Assembly: GCA_040757175.1 (NCBI GenBank)
Contig: JBFLXM010000010.1
Coordinates: forward strand, 3,390 to 67,389
Direction: 5' to 3'
Length of the DNA stretch: 64,000 bases
Origin: Thermodesulfobacteriota bacterium
GTDB lineage: Bacteria > Desulfobacterota > Desulfobaccia > Desulfobaccales > 0-14-0-80-60-11
Shown: in pieces, positions 1 through 10,059 of the stretch
Layout of the letters: each line of letters starts with the position of its first letter
How positions within the stretch are numbered: position 1 is the stretch's first letter
Made by a program: the position numbers and the translations under genes
Notes under the pieces: generated by a model
What the model was told of the DNA's origin: nothing
What the model saw: only the letters and a program-made list of their open reading frames with translations
Database searches by the model: none

Positions 1-20
1 TTCCCTAGGAACATGAATGG

Positions 21-110
21 CTCGTTCCCAAATTGTACTTGGGAACGAAAAAGGCTGCCAGGCTCAGCCTGTCCCGGCAAGGGCGTTCCCAAGCACAGCT
101 TGGGAACGAG
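21..110. repeat. REPIN-like element (gene-less copy of the RAYT-flanking arms)
   Basis: CTCGTTCCCAA..TTGGGAACG hairpin at 21-47 and inverted GCGTTCCCAAGCACAGCTTGGGAACGAG at 83-110; same motif as 38133-38189 and 38728-38784. Confidence 0.8.
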
Positions 111-128
111 GTACATATCGCTGTTTTT

Positions 129-238
129 ACTGACCACTGACCACTGACCACTGATCACTAATCACTAACCCCTGACCCCTGCCCCCTGGCTACTGTTCAC
201 TGCTCACTGCTCACTGCTTACTGCTTACTGCTCACTGC
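129..238. repeat. Period-7 tandem tract (CACTGAC/CACTAAT/CACTGCT variants) overlapping the 3' end of the MauE-like gene
   Basis: About 15 degenerate heptamer units; they encode the last residues and stop codon (AVSSKQ*) of 218..676. Confidence 0.85.
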
Positions 239-676
239 CTTTAATTCCCACCAGTACAGCCCCCCGGCCCAGACCAAAAAAACCAGGTCTTCCAGGAGGG
301 CCAGCACCCCCACCTGCCTCTGAAAAAAGAGGCCGCAGCCGCAGTCGATCTTCAGCCCCCGGGCCAGGGTCACCGTCAGGACCACCAGGAAGGACGCAGT
401 CAGCAAGGCGAGGAGCAGGAGGCAGGAGCGACGTTTGAGCCCCGCCACCAGCATACCCCCGGCGATTAACTCCACCCAGGGGAGCACTGCGGCCACCACT
501 CCCGCCAGCCATAGGGGCGCCAATTGGTATGCCAGCACCGCCTCGGCAAAGTCCCAATCGTGGAAATGCTTCTGCAACCCGGCATAGAAAAAGATCCCTC
601 CCAGGACCACGCCCAGGACCCGGGGAAGGAGCCAGTTAAGTTTCCGGTTTTCGGTTTTCGGTTTTCGGTTTGCCAA
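218..676 (-). CDS. MauE/DoxX family membrane protein
   Basis: Hydrophobic helices, PWVELIAG, G-x-I-D-C-G-C motif; TTG start preceded by GAGGA. Confidence 0.8.
   Translation of the reverse strand: MANRKPKTENRKLNWLLPRVLGVVLGGIFFYAGLQKHFHDWDFAEAVLAYQLAPLWLAGVVAAVLPWVELIAGGMLVAGLKRRSCLLLLALLTASFLVVLTVTLARGLKIDCGCGLFFQRQVGVLALLEDLVFLVWAGGLYWWELKAVSSKQ
640..671. repeat. Heptamer tract (GGTTTTC)n within the 5' end of the MauE-like gene
   Basis: ccggttttcggttttcggttttcggttt; encodes NRKPKTENRK. Confidence 0.85.
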
Positions 677-684
677 ATATCTTC

Positions 685-722
685 CTCTTGGTGTCCCTTT
701 GTGACCTTTGTGTCTTTGTGGT
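685..722. repeat. Period-9 tract (CTTTGTGNC-like)
   Basis: gtgtccctttgtgacctttgtgtctttgtggt; related to 25669-25792. Confidence 0.65.
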
Positions 723-741
723 AAATCTTCTATGCTTTCCG

Positions 742-1251
742 TTACTTACTCGTGTCCACCGGGTAGCCCGCCTCGTCCCAGGCCTTGAAACCACCCAGGA
801 AGGCCGCCACCTGGGTAAATCCCAGGGCCTGCATTTTCTCGGCCACCTTGAGGGCGATATCGCAATGGGCCTCGCCGCAGTAAACCACGATCTGCCGCTC
901 CTTGGCGATGCCGGTGAGGGCCGGGTTATCCCCTCTTTGGACCTTCTCCGGCGACAGATTCACCGCGCCGGCGATATGCAGTTCCTGGTATTCCTCAGGC
1001 TTGCGGGCGTCGATGAACAGGCTTTGGCCCTTTTGAAAAAGTTCATAAGCCTGGGAGAGATTTAAGGTCCTGACGCCTTGGAACTGCACCTGGCGGCGCT
1101 GGGCCCGCATCTCTTCCAGATGCGCCGCCAGTTTCCCCTGGAAGGAGAGGTTCACCAGGGGCCAGTGTTTGACCAGGCCGAACGCGGCCGCCAGCACCAG
1201 CAAAAACGCGGCCCAAGCCAGGTCCTGTCTGCATAAGCCGCGCCTGCTCAA
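742..1251 (-). CDS. Membrane-anchored rhodanese-like domain protein
   Basis: IDAR..EY...HIAGA, active-site loop YCGEAHC, GGFKAW...G; N-terminal TM helix. Confidence 0.85.
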   Translation of the reverse strand: MSRRGLCRQDLAWAAFLLVLAAAFGLVKHWPLVNLSFQGKLAAHLEEMRAQRRQVQFQGVRTLNLSQAYELFQKGQSLFIDARKPEEYQELHIAGAVNLSPEKVQRGDNPALTGIAKERQIVVYCGEAHCDIALKVAEKMQALGFTQVAAFLGGFKAWDEAGYPVDTSK

Positions 1252-1661
1252 GGGCGCTTCTCCCCTCGCTCTCCGCTTTCCACTTCCCCGGCGCTGGGGT
1301 ATTTCTTGCCGCCGAAGAAGAAAGGCAGGGGCAGGAAACCTTCCTCTTCCTTCACGTGGCCGTCATCCCGGGTGTAATGAAAGTAGCGCCACACCCGCCC
1401 CTCCTTGAGGTCCGCCAGAAATGTCTGCTTGCCGTCCGTCACCACCTGGTACCTGGCCCCCGGGGCTTGAGGGGTTAGGCCCTTCAGTTCCGGCTTGGCC
1501 TTGTCACTCTCCGCGGTCTTGGCGGTCTGGCCTTTAACGGCCTCCTCCACCTGGCGGCCCACCTCCTGCTGCAGGAAGCCCCCGTAGAGCCAAAAGGCCG
1601 TGGCCCCGGCAATGCCCAGTAGTAAAACGCCAATTGTCCGCCAACCTTGACTTTTAGCCAC
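1248..1661 (-). CDS. Hypothetical membrane-anchored protein
   Basis: Probable GTG start at 1661, one TM helix, ATGA overlap with the rhodanese gene. Confidence 0.6.
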   Translation of the reverse strand: MAKSQGWRTIGVLLLGIAGATAFWLYGGFLQQEVGRQVEEAVKGQTAKTAESDKAKPELKGLTPQAPGARYQVVTDGKQTFLADLKEGRVWRYFHYTRDDGHVKEEEGFLPLPFFFGGKKYPSAGEVESGERGEKRP

Positions 1662-1901
1662 CTGCCACCCCCAATTTGATTTGGTTTTCCCGGGTGGGGA
1701 AGGAAGGGGGGCTGGAGCCGCGCCCCCTCCCCTCTCGCGATTGTTCCCCTCCCCGCCACCCCGGCCAGGAAAGGGGCCGGCTACAGACCTCAATAAAGAA
1801 TATCGACTATAACGGCCCTAATTTTAAAAAACTCTGCTATTATTTGTATTATAGAGTGCAATTCCACTCCAGGGGGAGTTTGGAACTGCAAGACCGAGTC
1901 C

Positions 1902-2522
1902 ATGCCTAAGACGCCTGACTTACCCCTCCAGGCCATCGCCTTCGACCTGGGCAACGTCCTGGTGGCCGCGGACCATTTCCGCTTCTGCCGCCCTTTTGCG
2001 GCCCTAACCGGCCTGACTGCGGACGAAGTCTATGCCGCGGTCTTCGCATCCGACCTGGAACCCGGCTATGACACCGGCCGCCTCTCCTCCGCAGATTTTT
2101 ACCGGCGGCTCAGGGATCGCTTCCGCCTGGCCCTCCCCTACCCCCGGTTTTGCGAACTGTGGAACGATATCTTCTCGCCCCTGGAGGATATGGAGGAAAC
2201 CGTGGCGCGCCTAGCCGGCCGTTATCCCCTCTATCTGCTCTCCAACACCAATCCCTTGCATTTCCAGTATATCAAGGAGCGCTATCCCCTGCTCGGCCAT
2301 TTCCGGCGCTTCATCCTCTCCTATGAGGTGGGCAGCCGCAAACCCGAGCCCGGCATCTTCCAGGCCCTGATCCGGGAAATGGGCCTGGCGCCTTCGCACT
2401 GCCTCTTCCTGGACGACAAGCTCCCCTTCGTGGAGGCCGCCCGCACCCACGGCCTGGTGGCCTGGCATTTCACGACCCCCGGGGATTTCCACCGGAAGCT
2501 CAACGAATACGGTCTCTGGTAA
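1902..2522 (+). CDS. HAD-superfamily phosphatase (YihX-like)
   Basis: FDLGNVL, LSNTN, RKPEPGIF, FLDD motifs. Confidence 0.9.
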   Translation: MPKTPDLPLQAIAFDLGNVLVAADHFRFCRPFAALTGLTADEVYAAVFASDLEPGYDTGRLSSADFYRRLRDRFRLALPYPRFCELWNDIFSPLEDMEETVARLAGRYPLYLLSNTNPLHFQYIKERYPLLGHFRRFILSYEVGSRKPEPGIFQALIREMGLAPSHCLFLDDKLPFVEAARTHGLVAWHFTTPGDFHRKLNEYGLW

Positions 2523-2532
2523 CGCAAAGGAT

Positions 2533-2672
2533 CGTTTTGCGTTTTGCGTTTTGCGTTCCTTCGCTGATAGTCTAAGGCTGCCGATAAATCTTTATCGGTT
2601 AGTTCGCTGATAAAAATCCAAATCGCATTCCTATTAGTTTCTCCAGATACGAAAAACGTAAAACGCAAAACG
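2533..2672. repeat. Inverted pair of heptamer tracts (CGTTTTG)n / (AAAACGY)n between convergent genes
   Basis: 2533-2557 cgttttgcgttttgcgttttgcgtt and 2649-2672 acgaaaaacgtaaaacgcaaaacg. Confidence 0.8.
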
Positions 2673-2676
2673 GTCC

Positions 2677-4026
2677 TTAAAAAGGCTTGCCAATCGCCTT
2701 ATCCAACTGGGCCTCCGCCACCCGGTAGTCGTACAGGGCCCGGACGAACTTCAGGTCCGCCTGAAAAAATTGCACCTGGGCGTCGGAGACCTCAATGATG
2801 GAGCCCACCCCCACCTGGTAGCGCCCCTGGGCCAGGCGGTAGTTCTCCCGGGCCGCCTCCAGGGCCTTCTTGGTGGCCCGGATCAACTCCCAGGCCGCGG
2901 TGACATCCAGATACCGCTGGTCCACTTCCTTGGAGATATCCTGGCTGAGAACCTCCGCATCGGCCAAAGTGGCCCGGGTGTTGGCGCTGGCCGTGCGCAC
3001 GTTGTGGTAAGTGAGGAGGCCGTCAAACAAGGGGAGGGTCACCCCCGCGCCCACCCACCAGGACTTGTTGTCCATGGCATTGGAGGAGAACGGCGCGTCC
3101 GCGGCCGACCAGCCGTAAGCCGCCAGGGAGCTCACCGTGGGGAACCAGCCGGCCCGGGCCACCCGGTAGGCGGCCTGGTCGTATTCCTGCTGGTAGCGGT
3201 TCCGGAGGATTTCGGGCCGCCGGTTCAGGGCCTGGGCCTTTAATTCCGCCCGGGACAGGGGTTGGGGGACCACTTCCATGACGTCCTCCACCCCCTCAAA
3301 AGGAAAGGTCTTCAAGCCCAGGGCGGTCATCAGGGTGACCTTGGACAGGTCCACCGCGTTTTTGGCCCTGATGAGCTCGGCCTCGGCAGTATAGAGATTG
3401 GCTTCCGCCTTGGTGACGTCGATCTTGGCCTTCAGCCCCACTGTATAAAAACCCTGGGCCTGTTTCACCAGCTCCTGATTCTGGCGCACCGTCTCTTCGG
3501 TGACCTTCCGGGCCCGCAAGGCCGCCAGATAGCCGAAATAGGCGGTGCGCGCGTCCAGAACCACCTTCTGGCGGCTGCCCGCGTAATCCTCTTCGGTTTG
3601 ATGGAAAGTAGCCCGGGACTGGTCGATCTGCCCCGGGGTCTTGCCGAAATCATAGATCAACTGGCTCAAAGAAAACCTGTTGACGTAATAGTCCGTAGTC
3701 GCGCCGCCGAGGCTGCTGCCTAAGCCGGGAGGCCCCCCGCTGACCGCGCCGGAGGTGGCGGGGAAGGCGTTCCCGTAATAGAGATTGTAAGTATAGGTGA
3801 CTTGCGGCAGGTACGCGGCCCGGGCCGCGCCGATCTGGTATTTGGCCGCGGTCACCTTTTCCCGGGATTGCTTCAGGAGGGGATGCTCCTTGAGGGCAAT
3901 ATCGATGGCCTGCTTTAAGCCCAGGCGTTCCGCGGCCTCCGTGGCTCCGGTCCCAGCCGGCCCCAAGGCCAGAAGCGCGGCCAGGACTAGAAAAACGGCC
4001 CGCCCTTTCTTTAAAATACCCACCAC
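2677..4026 (-). CDS. TolC-family outer membrane efflux protein
   Basis: Signal peptide, two OEP repeats (LIYDFG, LPLFDG, RYQVGVGSIIEVSDAQ). Confidence 0.9.
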   Translation of the reverse strand: MVGILKKGRAVFLVLAALLALGPAGTGATEAAERLGLKQAIDIALKEHPLLKQSREKVTAAKYQIGAARAAYLPQVTYTYNLYYGNAFPATSGAVSGGPPGLGSSLGGATTDYYVNRFSLSQLIYDFGKTPGQIDQSRATFHQTEEDYAGSRQKVVLDARTAYFGYLAALRARKVTEETVRQNQELVKQAQGFYTVGLKAKIDVTKAEANLYTAEAELIRAKNAVDLSKVTLMTALGLKTFPFEGVEDVMEVVPQPLSRAELKAQALNRRPEILRNRYQQEYDQAAYRVARAGWFPTVSSLAAYGWSAADAPFSSNAMDNKSWWVGAGVTLPLFDGLLTYHNVRTASANTRATLADAEVLSQDISKEVDQRYLDVTAAWELIRATKKALEAARENYRLAQGRYQVGVGSIIEVSDAQVQFFQADLKFVRALYDYRVAEAQLDKAIGKPF

Positions 4027-4050
4027 CTAAAAACTCCTCTTTACTCCGAC

Positions 4051-4171
4051 CCCCAAGCTGCCCTTGGGAACCCGAATATGATCCAAGCTTGGTTTTGAAG
4101 CTTTAATTATGCCGGCTAATGCCAAGCAGAGCTTGGCGGAACATGGCGTTCCCAAGCGCAGCTTGGAAACG
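4051..4171. repeat. Degenerate REPIN, likely deletion derivative of the RAYT locus
   Basis: CCCAAGCTGCCCTTGGGAAC ... GCCGGCTAATGCCAAGCAGAGCTTGGC ... GCGTTCCCAAGCGCAGCTTGGAAACG, matching 38722-38784. Confidence 0.75.
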
Positions 4172-4230
4172 CGTCGATGCCCTTTGACCTTTTTTCCTTA
4201 TCCCCTATATTCCTCCCGATCTTATCCCTT

Positions 4231-4263
4231 AAACCGAAGACCGAAAACCGAAAACCGAAAACG
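4231..4263. repeat. Heptamer tract (AAAACCG)n just after the gatA stop
   Basis: aaaccgaagaccgaaaaccgaaaaccgaaaacg. Confidence 0.85.
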
Positions 4264-4266
4264 GCA

Positions 4267-5730
4267 TTAAAGCTGCGGTTTGCGCTGATGCCAATCCGTG
4301 GCCTGCTCAAAGGCATAAGCCGCCTGCAGCAGCGCGGCCTCCCCCAGGGGCGGCCCCATGAGCTGCAGGCCGATGGGCAATCCTGAGGCGCTGAAGCCGC
4401 AGGGCACCGAGATGCCGGGGATGCCCGCCAGGTTGGCGGAGATGGTGAAGATGTCCGACAGGTACATGGTCAGGGGGTCGGCCACCTTCTCCCCCAGGCG
4501 GAAGGCCGGGGTGGGGGACACCGGGGTGGCCAGCAGGTCGCATTGTTGGTAAGCAGCATCGAAATCCCCCTTAATCAAAGCCCGGACCTGGGAGCCCTTC
4601 CGGTAGTAGGCGTCGTAATAACCCGCGGACAGGGCGTAGGTGCCCAGCATGATGCGCCGCCGCGCTTCCGCGCCGAACCCCTGGGTGCGGGTGGCCCCAT
4701 ACATCTCCAGGAGGTTTTTGCCCTCCGCCCGCAAGCCGTATTTCACCCCGTCGTAGCGGGCCAGGTTGGAGGAGGCTTCGGCCACCGCCACCAGGTAATA
4801 CACGGCCACCGCGTATTCGCTGTGGGGCAGGCTCACTGCCACCAGCTCCGCGCCCAGCCCCTCCAAGGTTTTAAGTGCTTTTTGTACTGCCGCCTCCACT
4901 TCCGGGTCCAGGCCGGGACCGAAATATTCCCGGGGTACGCCGATCTTTAGGCCCTTGATCTCCCGCCCCAGACCTGCCAGGTAATCGGGCACAGACGCGT
5001 CCAAAGAAGTGGAATCCCGGAGGTCGTGGCCGGCAATGCAGTTGAGCAGCAGGGCCGCGTCCCGCACCTCTTTGGTCAGGGGGCCGATCTGGTCCAGGGA
5101 TGAGGCATAGGCCACCAGCCCGTAGCGGGAGACCCGCCCGTAGGTGGGTTTCAACCCCACCACCCCGCAGTGGCAGGCGGGCTGGCGGATGGAGCCGCCG
5201 GTGTCCGACCCCAGGGAGGCAATACACAAATCCGCGGCCACCGCGGCCGCGGAGCCGCCGCTGGAGCCCCCGGGAATGCATTCTCTATTCCAGGGGTTGT
5301 GGGTGGGGCCGAACGCCGAGTTCTCGGTGGAGGAGCCCATGGCGAACTCGTCCATGTTCACCTTGCCCAAAAAGACCGCGCCCGCCTGGCGCAGTTTGGT
5401 ACAGACCGTGGCGTCGAAGGGGGGGACAAAATTCTCCAGGATGCGGGAGGCGCAGGTGGTCCGCAAACCCCGGGAGATGAGCACGTCTTTCAGGGCCAGG
5501 GGAATGCCGGTCAAGGGCGTGGCCTCGCCCTGGGCCAGACGGGCTTCCGCGTCCCGGGCTTGGGCCCGGGCCCCTTCCCGGTCCACGGTGAGATAGGCGT
5601 GCAGTTCCCCGTCCAGGCGCTCGATGCGGTCCAGGAGTTGCTCCGTGACCTCCACCGGGGAGACCTCCCGCCGGGCCAGGAGCGGGGCCAACTGAGAGAT
5701 GCTCAGGCTGTACAATGCTTCCGTCATCAA
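4267..5730 (-). CDS. gatA: Asp/Glu-tRNA amidotransferase subunit A
   Basis: Amidase signature [51 protein letters not shown]. Confidence 0.97.
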   Translation of the reverse strand: MMTEALYSLSISQLAPLLARREVSPVEVTEQLLDRIERLDGELHAYLTVDREGARAQARDAEARLAQGEATPLTGIPLALKDVLISRGLRTTCASRILENFVPPFDATVCTKLRQAGAVFLGKVNMDEFAMGSSTENSAFGPTHNPWNRECIPGGSSGGSAAAVAADLCIASLGSDTGGSIRQPACHCGVVGLKPTYGRVSRYGLVAYASSLDQIGPLTKEVRDAALLLNCIAGHDLRDSTSLDASVPDYLAGLGREIKGLKIGVPREYFGPGLDPEVEAAVQKALKTLEGLGAELVAVSLPHSEYAVAVYYLVAVAEASSNLARYDGVKYGLRAEGKNLLEMYGATRTQGFGAEARRRIMLGTYALSAGYYDAYYRKGSQVRALIKGDFDAAYQQCDLLATPVSPTPAFRLGEKVADPLTMYLSDIFTISANLAGIPGISVPCGFSASGLPIGLQLMGPPLGEAALLQAAYAFEQATDWHQRKPQL

Positions 5731-5784
5731 CTTTACCTAATCTTGCGTCCCAAAATTAAATGGCAGCCTTGAATACGCAGCACT

Positions 5785-6068
5785 TCCCCCCCTCTTCTAA
5801 AGGGGGGCAGGGGGAATTATTTAAGCCCTCGAAATCCCCCTAAATCCAATGCTGTTCACTTAAGCGGTTTTAAGGAATTGGTGGGCAGTGCCCACCCTAC
5901 ATTTTTCCTCTTCTTGTCATGCTGAGCGAAGCGAAGCATCTCGTCTTAAGAGATTCTTCGGTCGCCTGCGGCTTCCTCAGAATGACAAGGGAAATGGTCT
6001 TGGATCACCTCAAAATGCTTAAGTGAACAGCATTACCCCTAAATCCCCCTTTAGAAAAGGGGGACTTA
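5785..6068. repeat. CCCCCTTT..AAAGGGGG palindromic repeat interrupted by a MITE
   Basis: The two halves match the intact copy at 31280-31368. Confidence 0.75.
5847..6035. mobile_element. IS4-family-like MITE with a 10-bp target duplication
   Basis: TIR (C/T)AATGCTGTTCACTTAAGC at 5847-5865 and 6017-6035; CCCCTAAATC duplicated at 5837-5846 and 6036-6045. Confidence 0.8.
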
Positions 6069-6086
6069 AAAACCTGCTGTTCCAAG

Positions 6087-6119
6087 ACTAAAAACTGAAA
6101 ACCGGAAACCAAAAACTGT
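6087..6119. repeat. Heptamer tract just after the gatC stop
   Basis: actaaaaactgaaaaccggaaaccaaaaactgt. Confidence 0.75.
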
Positions 6120-6121
6120 TC

Positions 6122-6406
6122 TTAAATAATCCGGGGCACCACAAAGCTCCCCTCTTCCCGGCCCGGCGCGTTGTCCAGGGCCTCTTCCCGGGGCAGGCCG
6201 GTCTGCACCTCATCTTCCCGGAAGGCGTTAAAAACCGGGATGACATGGGCCATGGGCGTTACCCCTGTGGTGTCCAACTCCTGCAATTTTTCCACGTAAG
6301 CCAAGATATCGTTGAGCTGCCGGGTGAACAATTCCACCTCCGCGGGCTCCAACGCCAGCCGCGCCAGTTGGGCCACGTGCAGCACTTCTTCCCGGGTCAA
6401 GGCCAT
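6122..6406 (-). CDS. gatC: Asp/Glu-tRNA amidotransferase subunit C
   Basis: HVAQLARL..., REDEV, NAP...FVVPRII; GGAG SD. Confidence 0.96.
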   Translation of the reverse strand: MALTREEVLHVAQLARLALEPAEVELFTRQLNDILAYVEKLQELDTTGVTPMAHVIPVFNAFREDEVQTGLPREEALDNAPGREEGSFVVPRII

Positions 6407-6856
6407 GCCTTCTTCTCCTCAGCGCGTCCCTGGGCTTCAGGGCCGAAGCTATTAACAGGTTATTATATAACCCCGGCGCGGTTAAGAATAAAGGTAATTT
6501 TCGGGCCAGGGAGGGGCCTGGGCTTTGCCGCCAGGTGATTTGCTTAAAATATCTTAACAAGTTGCCTGGCCTTTTCTCCCTCCCCCTTGAGGGGGGAGGA
6601 GGAGTTCAAGAGGTCGATATTTTGTAACTTATGCCCGGAAGACAACACTGGATCACGGCCCCGGGAGCCAGCCTCAGGGCCCTACGTGCCTCACCCGCGG
6701 AACCGGGCGGAGAAAATGCGGGTGGTGGGGAGAATGCTTATTGAAAACGGTAAATAATTGTGAAATTATGGCCTCGAAGTGGGGACCTTGCAGTTTTTTT
6801 CGGGTTATGGTGGCAAATCTCGCCATTATCTATTATATTAATTCTAGGGTTAGCAA

Positions 6857-7693
6857 ATGGTGGAGAAATCACAAGATATTCCCGATAGTTCCCGCTTGCG
6901 GGAGACGGCCCGGCAGGTCCGTCTCGATATTGTGGAAATGCTGCACCGGGCCGGCTCCGGACACACGGGAGGATCGCTCTCGGCCACCGATATCTTGGTG
7001 GCCTTGTTTTTCGGGCAGATGCGCCATAACCCCCAGGATCCCTGCTGGTTCCAGCGGGACCGCTTCGTTCTCTCCAAGGGCCATGCCGCGCCGGCCCTGT
7101 ACGCGGTGCTCTCCCGGCTGGGCTATTTCCCCCGGGAAGAACTGCTCACCCTGCGCCAGTTCGGCAGTTCCTTGCAGGGCCATCCGGATTCCGCCTGCAC
7201 TCCGGGAGTGGAGGTCCCCACCGGCTCCCTGGGCCAGGGCCTGTCCATCGCCAACGGCATGGCCCTGGCGGCCCGCCTCAACGGCAACGGCGCCCGGGTC
7301 TACGTCTTGTTGGGGGACGGCGAAGTCCAGGAGGGGCAAATTTGGGAAGCGGCCATGTCCGCGGCCCATTTCCACCTGGACAATCTCACGGCCATCCTGG
7401 ACCGGAACCGCCTGCAGATTGACGGCCGTACCGCAGAGGTAATGAGCCTCGAACCCCTGGCCCCCAAGTGGGAGGCCTTCGGCTGGCATACCGTGGAGGT
7501 GGATGGGCATAGTTTCCCGGAGCTCCTGGGCGCCTTGCAAGAGGCGGAGCAGGTCAAAGACCGCCCCACCATGATCATCGCCCATACGGTCAAGGGCAAG
7601 GGGGTGTCCATTTTTGAAAATCAGGTAAAATACCACGGGGTGGCCCCCAATAAAGAAGAGTATGCGCAGGCATTGAAGGAGTTGCAAGCTTAG
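6857..7693 (+). CDS. Transketolase N-terminal (TPP-binding) subunit
   Basis: [34 protein letters not shown]. Confidence 0.95.
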   Translation: MVEKSQDIPDSSRLRETARQVRLDIVEMLHRAGSGHTGGSLSATDILVALFFGQMRHNPQDPCWFQRDRFVLSKGHAAPALYAVLSRLGYFPREELLTLRQFGSSLQGHPDSACTPGVEVPTGSLGQGLSIANGMALAARLNGNGARVYVLLGDGEVQEGQIWEAAMSAAHFHLDNLTAILDRNRLQIDGRTAEVMSLEPLAPKWEAFGWHTVEVDGHSFPELLGALQEAEQVKDRPTMIIAHTVKGKGVSIFENQVKYHGVAPNKEEYAQALKELQA

Positions 7694-7696
7694 ATA

Positions 7697-7722
7697 CAGT
7701 TTTTAGTTTTTAGTTTTTAGTT
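7697..7722. repeat. Heptamer tract (AGTTTTT)n between the transketolase halves
   Basis: cagtttttagtttttagtttttagtt beginning 4 nt after the stop. Confidence 0.8.
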
Positions 7723-7743
7723 AAAAGGTTTTTGAGGAGTAAC

Positions 7744-8691
7744 GTGTCCGCCAAAGAAAGCACCCGGGTCGAATACGGCAAGGCCCTGTTAAAACTGGGA
7801 GAAGAAAACCCGGATATTGTGGCCCTGGACGCGGACCTGTCCGGGTCCACGCAGACGAAGCATTTTGCCAAGGCCTTCCCCCAGCGCTTTTTTAACATGG
7901 GCGTGGCCGAGCAGGATCTGCTGGGTACGGCCGCGGGGCTGGCCCTGGGGGGGAAAATCCCCTTTGCCAGCACCTTTGCCATGTTTGCCACCGGCCGGGC
8001 CTGGGAGCAAATCCGCCAGTCCATTGCCTACGCCAAGCTCAACGTCAAGATCGTGGCCAGCCACGGGGGCATCAGCGTGGGGGAAGACGGCGGTTCCCAC
8101 CAGGCGGTGGAGGACCTGGCCCTGATGCGCGTCCTCCCCAATATGGTGGTCCTGGTGCCCGCGGATGGTCCGGAAACCCGGGCCATGGCCCGCTGGGCCG
8201 CGAATTATCAGGGACCGGTATACATGCGCACCGGGCGCATGCCCTTCCCGGTGATTTTTGCAGACGACCACCGCTTTGAGCTGGGGCGGGGCCAAATCTT
8301 ACGGGAAGGAGAGGACGTCACCCTGGCGGGTATCGGCCTGTTAACCCACCATTGCCTGGAGGCCGCGGACCTCCTGGCCCGGGAAGGGGTCTCGGCCCGG
8401 GTCCTCAACCTCTCCTGCCTGAAACCCCTGGATTGGCAACTGGTGGTGGACTCCGCCCGGCGCACCGGGGCTTTGGTCACCGCCGAAGAGCATCTGGCCA
8501 CCGGAGGTTTGGGCAGCGCGGTGAGCGAAGTGCTGGCCGAGCACTATCCGGTGCCCCTCCAACGCATCGGCCTCCGGGACACCTTCGGCACTTCCGGCAA
8601 GGCGGAGATTCTCCTGAAGCATTACGGGCTAATGCCCGATGATATTAGAAAGGCAGCTTTAAAGGTATTGCCGCGCAAGAACAGCCGCTGA
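7744..8691 (+). CDS. Transketolase C-terminal subunit
   Basis: GTG start after GAGGAG; DADLSGST, GVAEQ, EDGGSHQ, EEH...GGLGS. Confidence 0.95.
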   Translation: MSAKESTRVEYGKALLKLGEENPDIVALDADLSGSTQTKHFAKAFPQRFFNMGVAEQDLLGTAAGLALGGKIPFASTFAMFATGRAWEQIRQSIAYAKLNVKIVASHGGISVGEDGGSHQAVEDLALMRVLPNMVVLVPADGPETRAMARWAANYQGPVYMRTGRMPFPVIFADDHRFELGRGQILREGEDVTLAGIGLLTHHCLEAADLLAREGVSARVLNLSCLKPLDWQLVVDSARRTGALVTAEEHLATGGLGSAVSEVLAEHYPVPLQRIGLRDTFGTSGKAEILLKHYGLMPDDIRKAALKVLPRKNSR

Positions 8692-8772
8692 ACAATCTTA
8701 GGCGGGCGGGTGGATGCCGGTCATTCACCAGAACCGTGTTTCCCCGGCCTGCATTTCTAGAAGGGGCAGTAG

Positions 8773-10030
8773 AGTGAAATCTTTTGGCGCCAAAACCTTC
8801 CAAACCAGCCCCGGTTGGTTCTCTTACCAGATTTTTTCCGTCTTTTTGGCCCTTTTCCTGGTTGCTTCCTGGACCGGACTGGTGGCTGCCGCGCCTGCCC
8901 AGGACTATGAATCCCTGCGGCTGATCACGGAAGCCATGCATGAAATCTCCCAAAAATACGTCTGGAAAAAGGGGGAAGAAGAGATCATCTATGGGTCCCT
9001 CCGGGGTTTGATGAATTCCCTGGACCCCGATTCTTCTTTTCTCACCCCCAAGGAATATCAACAGGTTTTAAGCGGACATAAGGACCAGTTAGCGGAAGCC
9101 GGGGTGGATTTGGTCTACAAAGACACCCTCCTCACCATTGTCGCGGCCCTGGAGGGGGGGCCGGCCTGGCGGGCCGGGTTACGGCCGGGAGATCATATTC
9201 TCAAGATCAATGGGCATCTGGTGCGCAATCTCACCACCCAGGAAGCCAATCGCCGCTTCCAGGGAAAGGCGGGGACCACCCTCGACCTCCAGGTTTTGCG
9301 CAACGGCCTGATCAAACCCCTGGAGCTAAAGGTGACCCTGGAGCCCCTGGCCCCAGGCGGGGTGACCCATAAAATCCTGAAGGACTCCTACGCTTATATC
9401 CGTATGCCTGCTTTCACCCCGGAGACCCTGGCGGAGTTGGCCGCGACCTTAAAGCAACTGCAGCGGCAGCAGCCGCCCCTGAGAGGCTATATTCTCGATC
9501 TGCGCAATAATGCCCGGGGCAGTATAGACCTGGCAGTGCGCGGGGCTTCCCTGTTCATCGGGGATAAAGAGGTCCTCACCGCCCGGGGACGCCCACCGGA
9601 GCCGAGCCAGGTTTTTCAAGGCCGGGCCAAATCTGAAATCTTTAAACCCGGCCAGCCTCTAGTGGTGCTGGTGGACGGGGGCACGGCCCGGGCCTCGGAA
9701 GCTCTGGCCGGGGCCCTCCGGGACCAGTATCGCGCAGTGCTTCTGGGAAGCAAAACCGTGGGTCTGTGCGGACTCACCAAGACCCTGCCCCTCAAGGACG
9801 GCTCGGCCTTGGTGATGACCGTGGCCCAATGTTATACTCCTAACGGCCAGAAGATCCACGGCAAAGGCCTGGAGCCGGAGGTCGCCGGTAAGACCCCGGC
9901 GGTTACCACCCCCGGGGTCACCACTCCGCCGAAGCTTTCTCCGGAGCAAGACCCCTGGGTGACCCAGGCCTTGGAGATCTTGAAGACCGGCAAGCCACGG
10001 AAGGTGGCGGAAAAGGCGGAAAAACCATGA
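8773..10030 (+). CDS. S41A C-terminal processing protease paralog, predicted catalytically inactive
   Basis: PDZ + S41 layout (SLDPDSSFL, ILDLRNN), but TARASE and TVGLCG replace SASASE and FGKG; start uncertain (8714 or 8773). Confidence 0.8.
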
Positions 10031-10059
10031 TTTTTTCCCATAGCCGGTGGAGAAAGCCA

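Noticed and set aside
4267-8691. gatCA without gatB, and split transketolase, as novelties
   Set aside because: Both arrangements are common in anaerobic bacteria.
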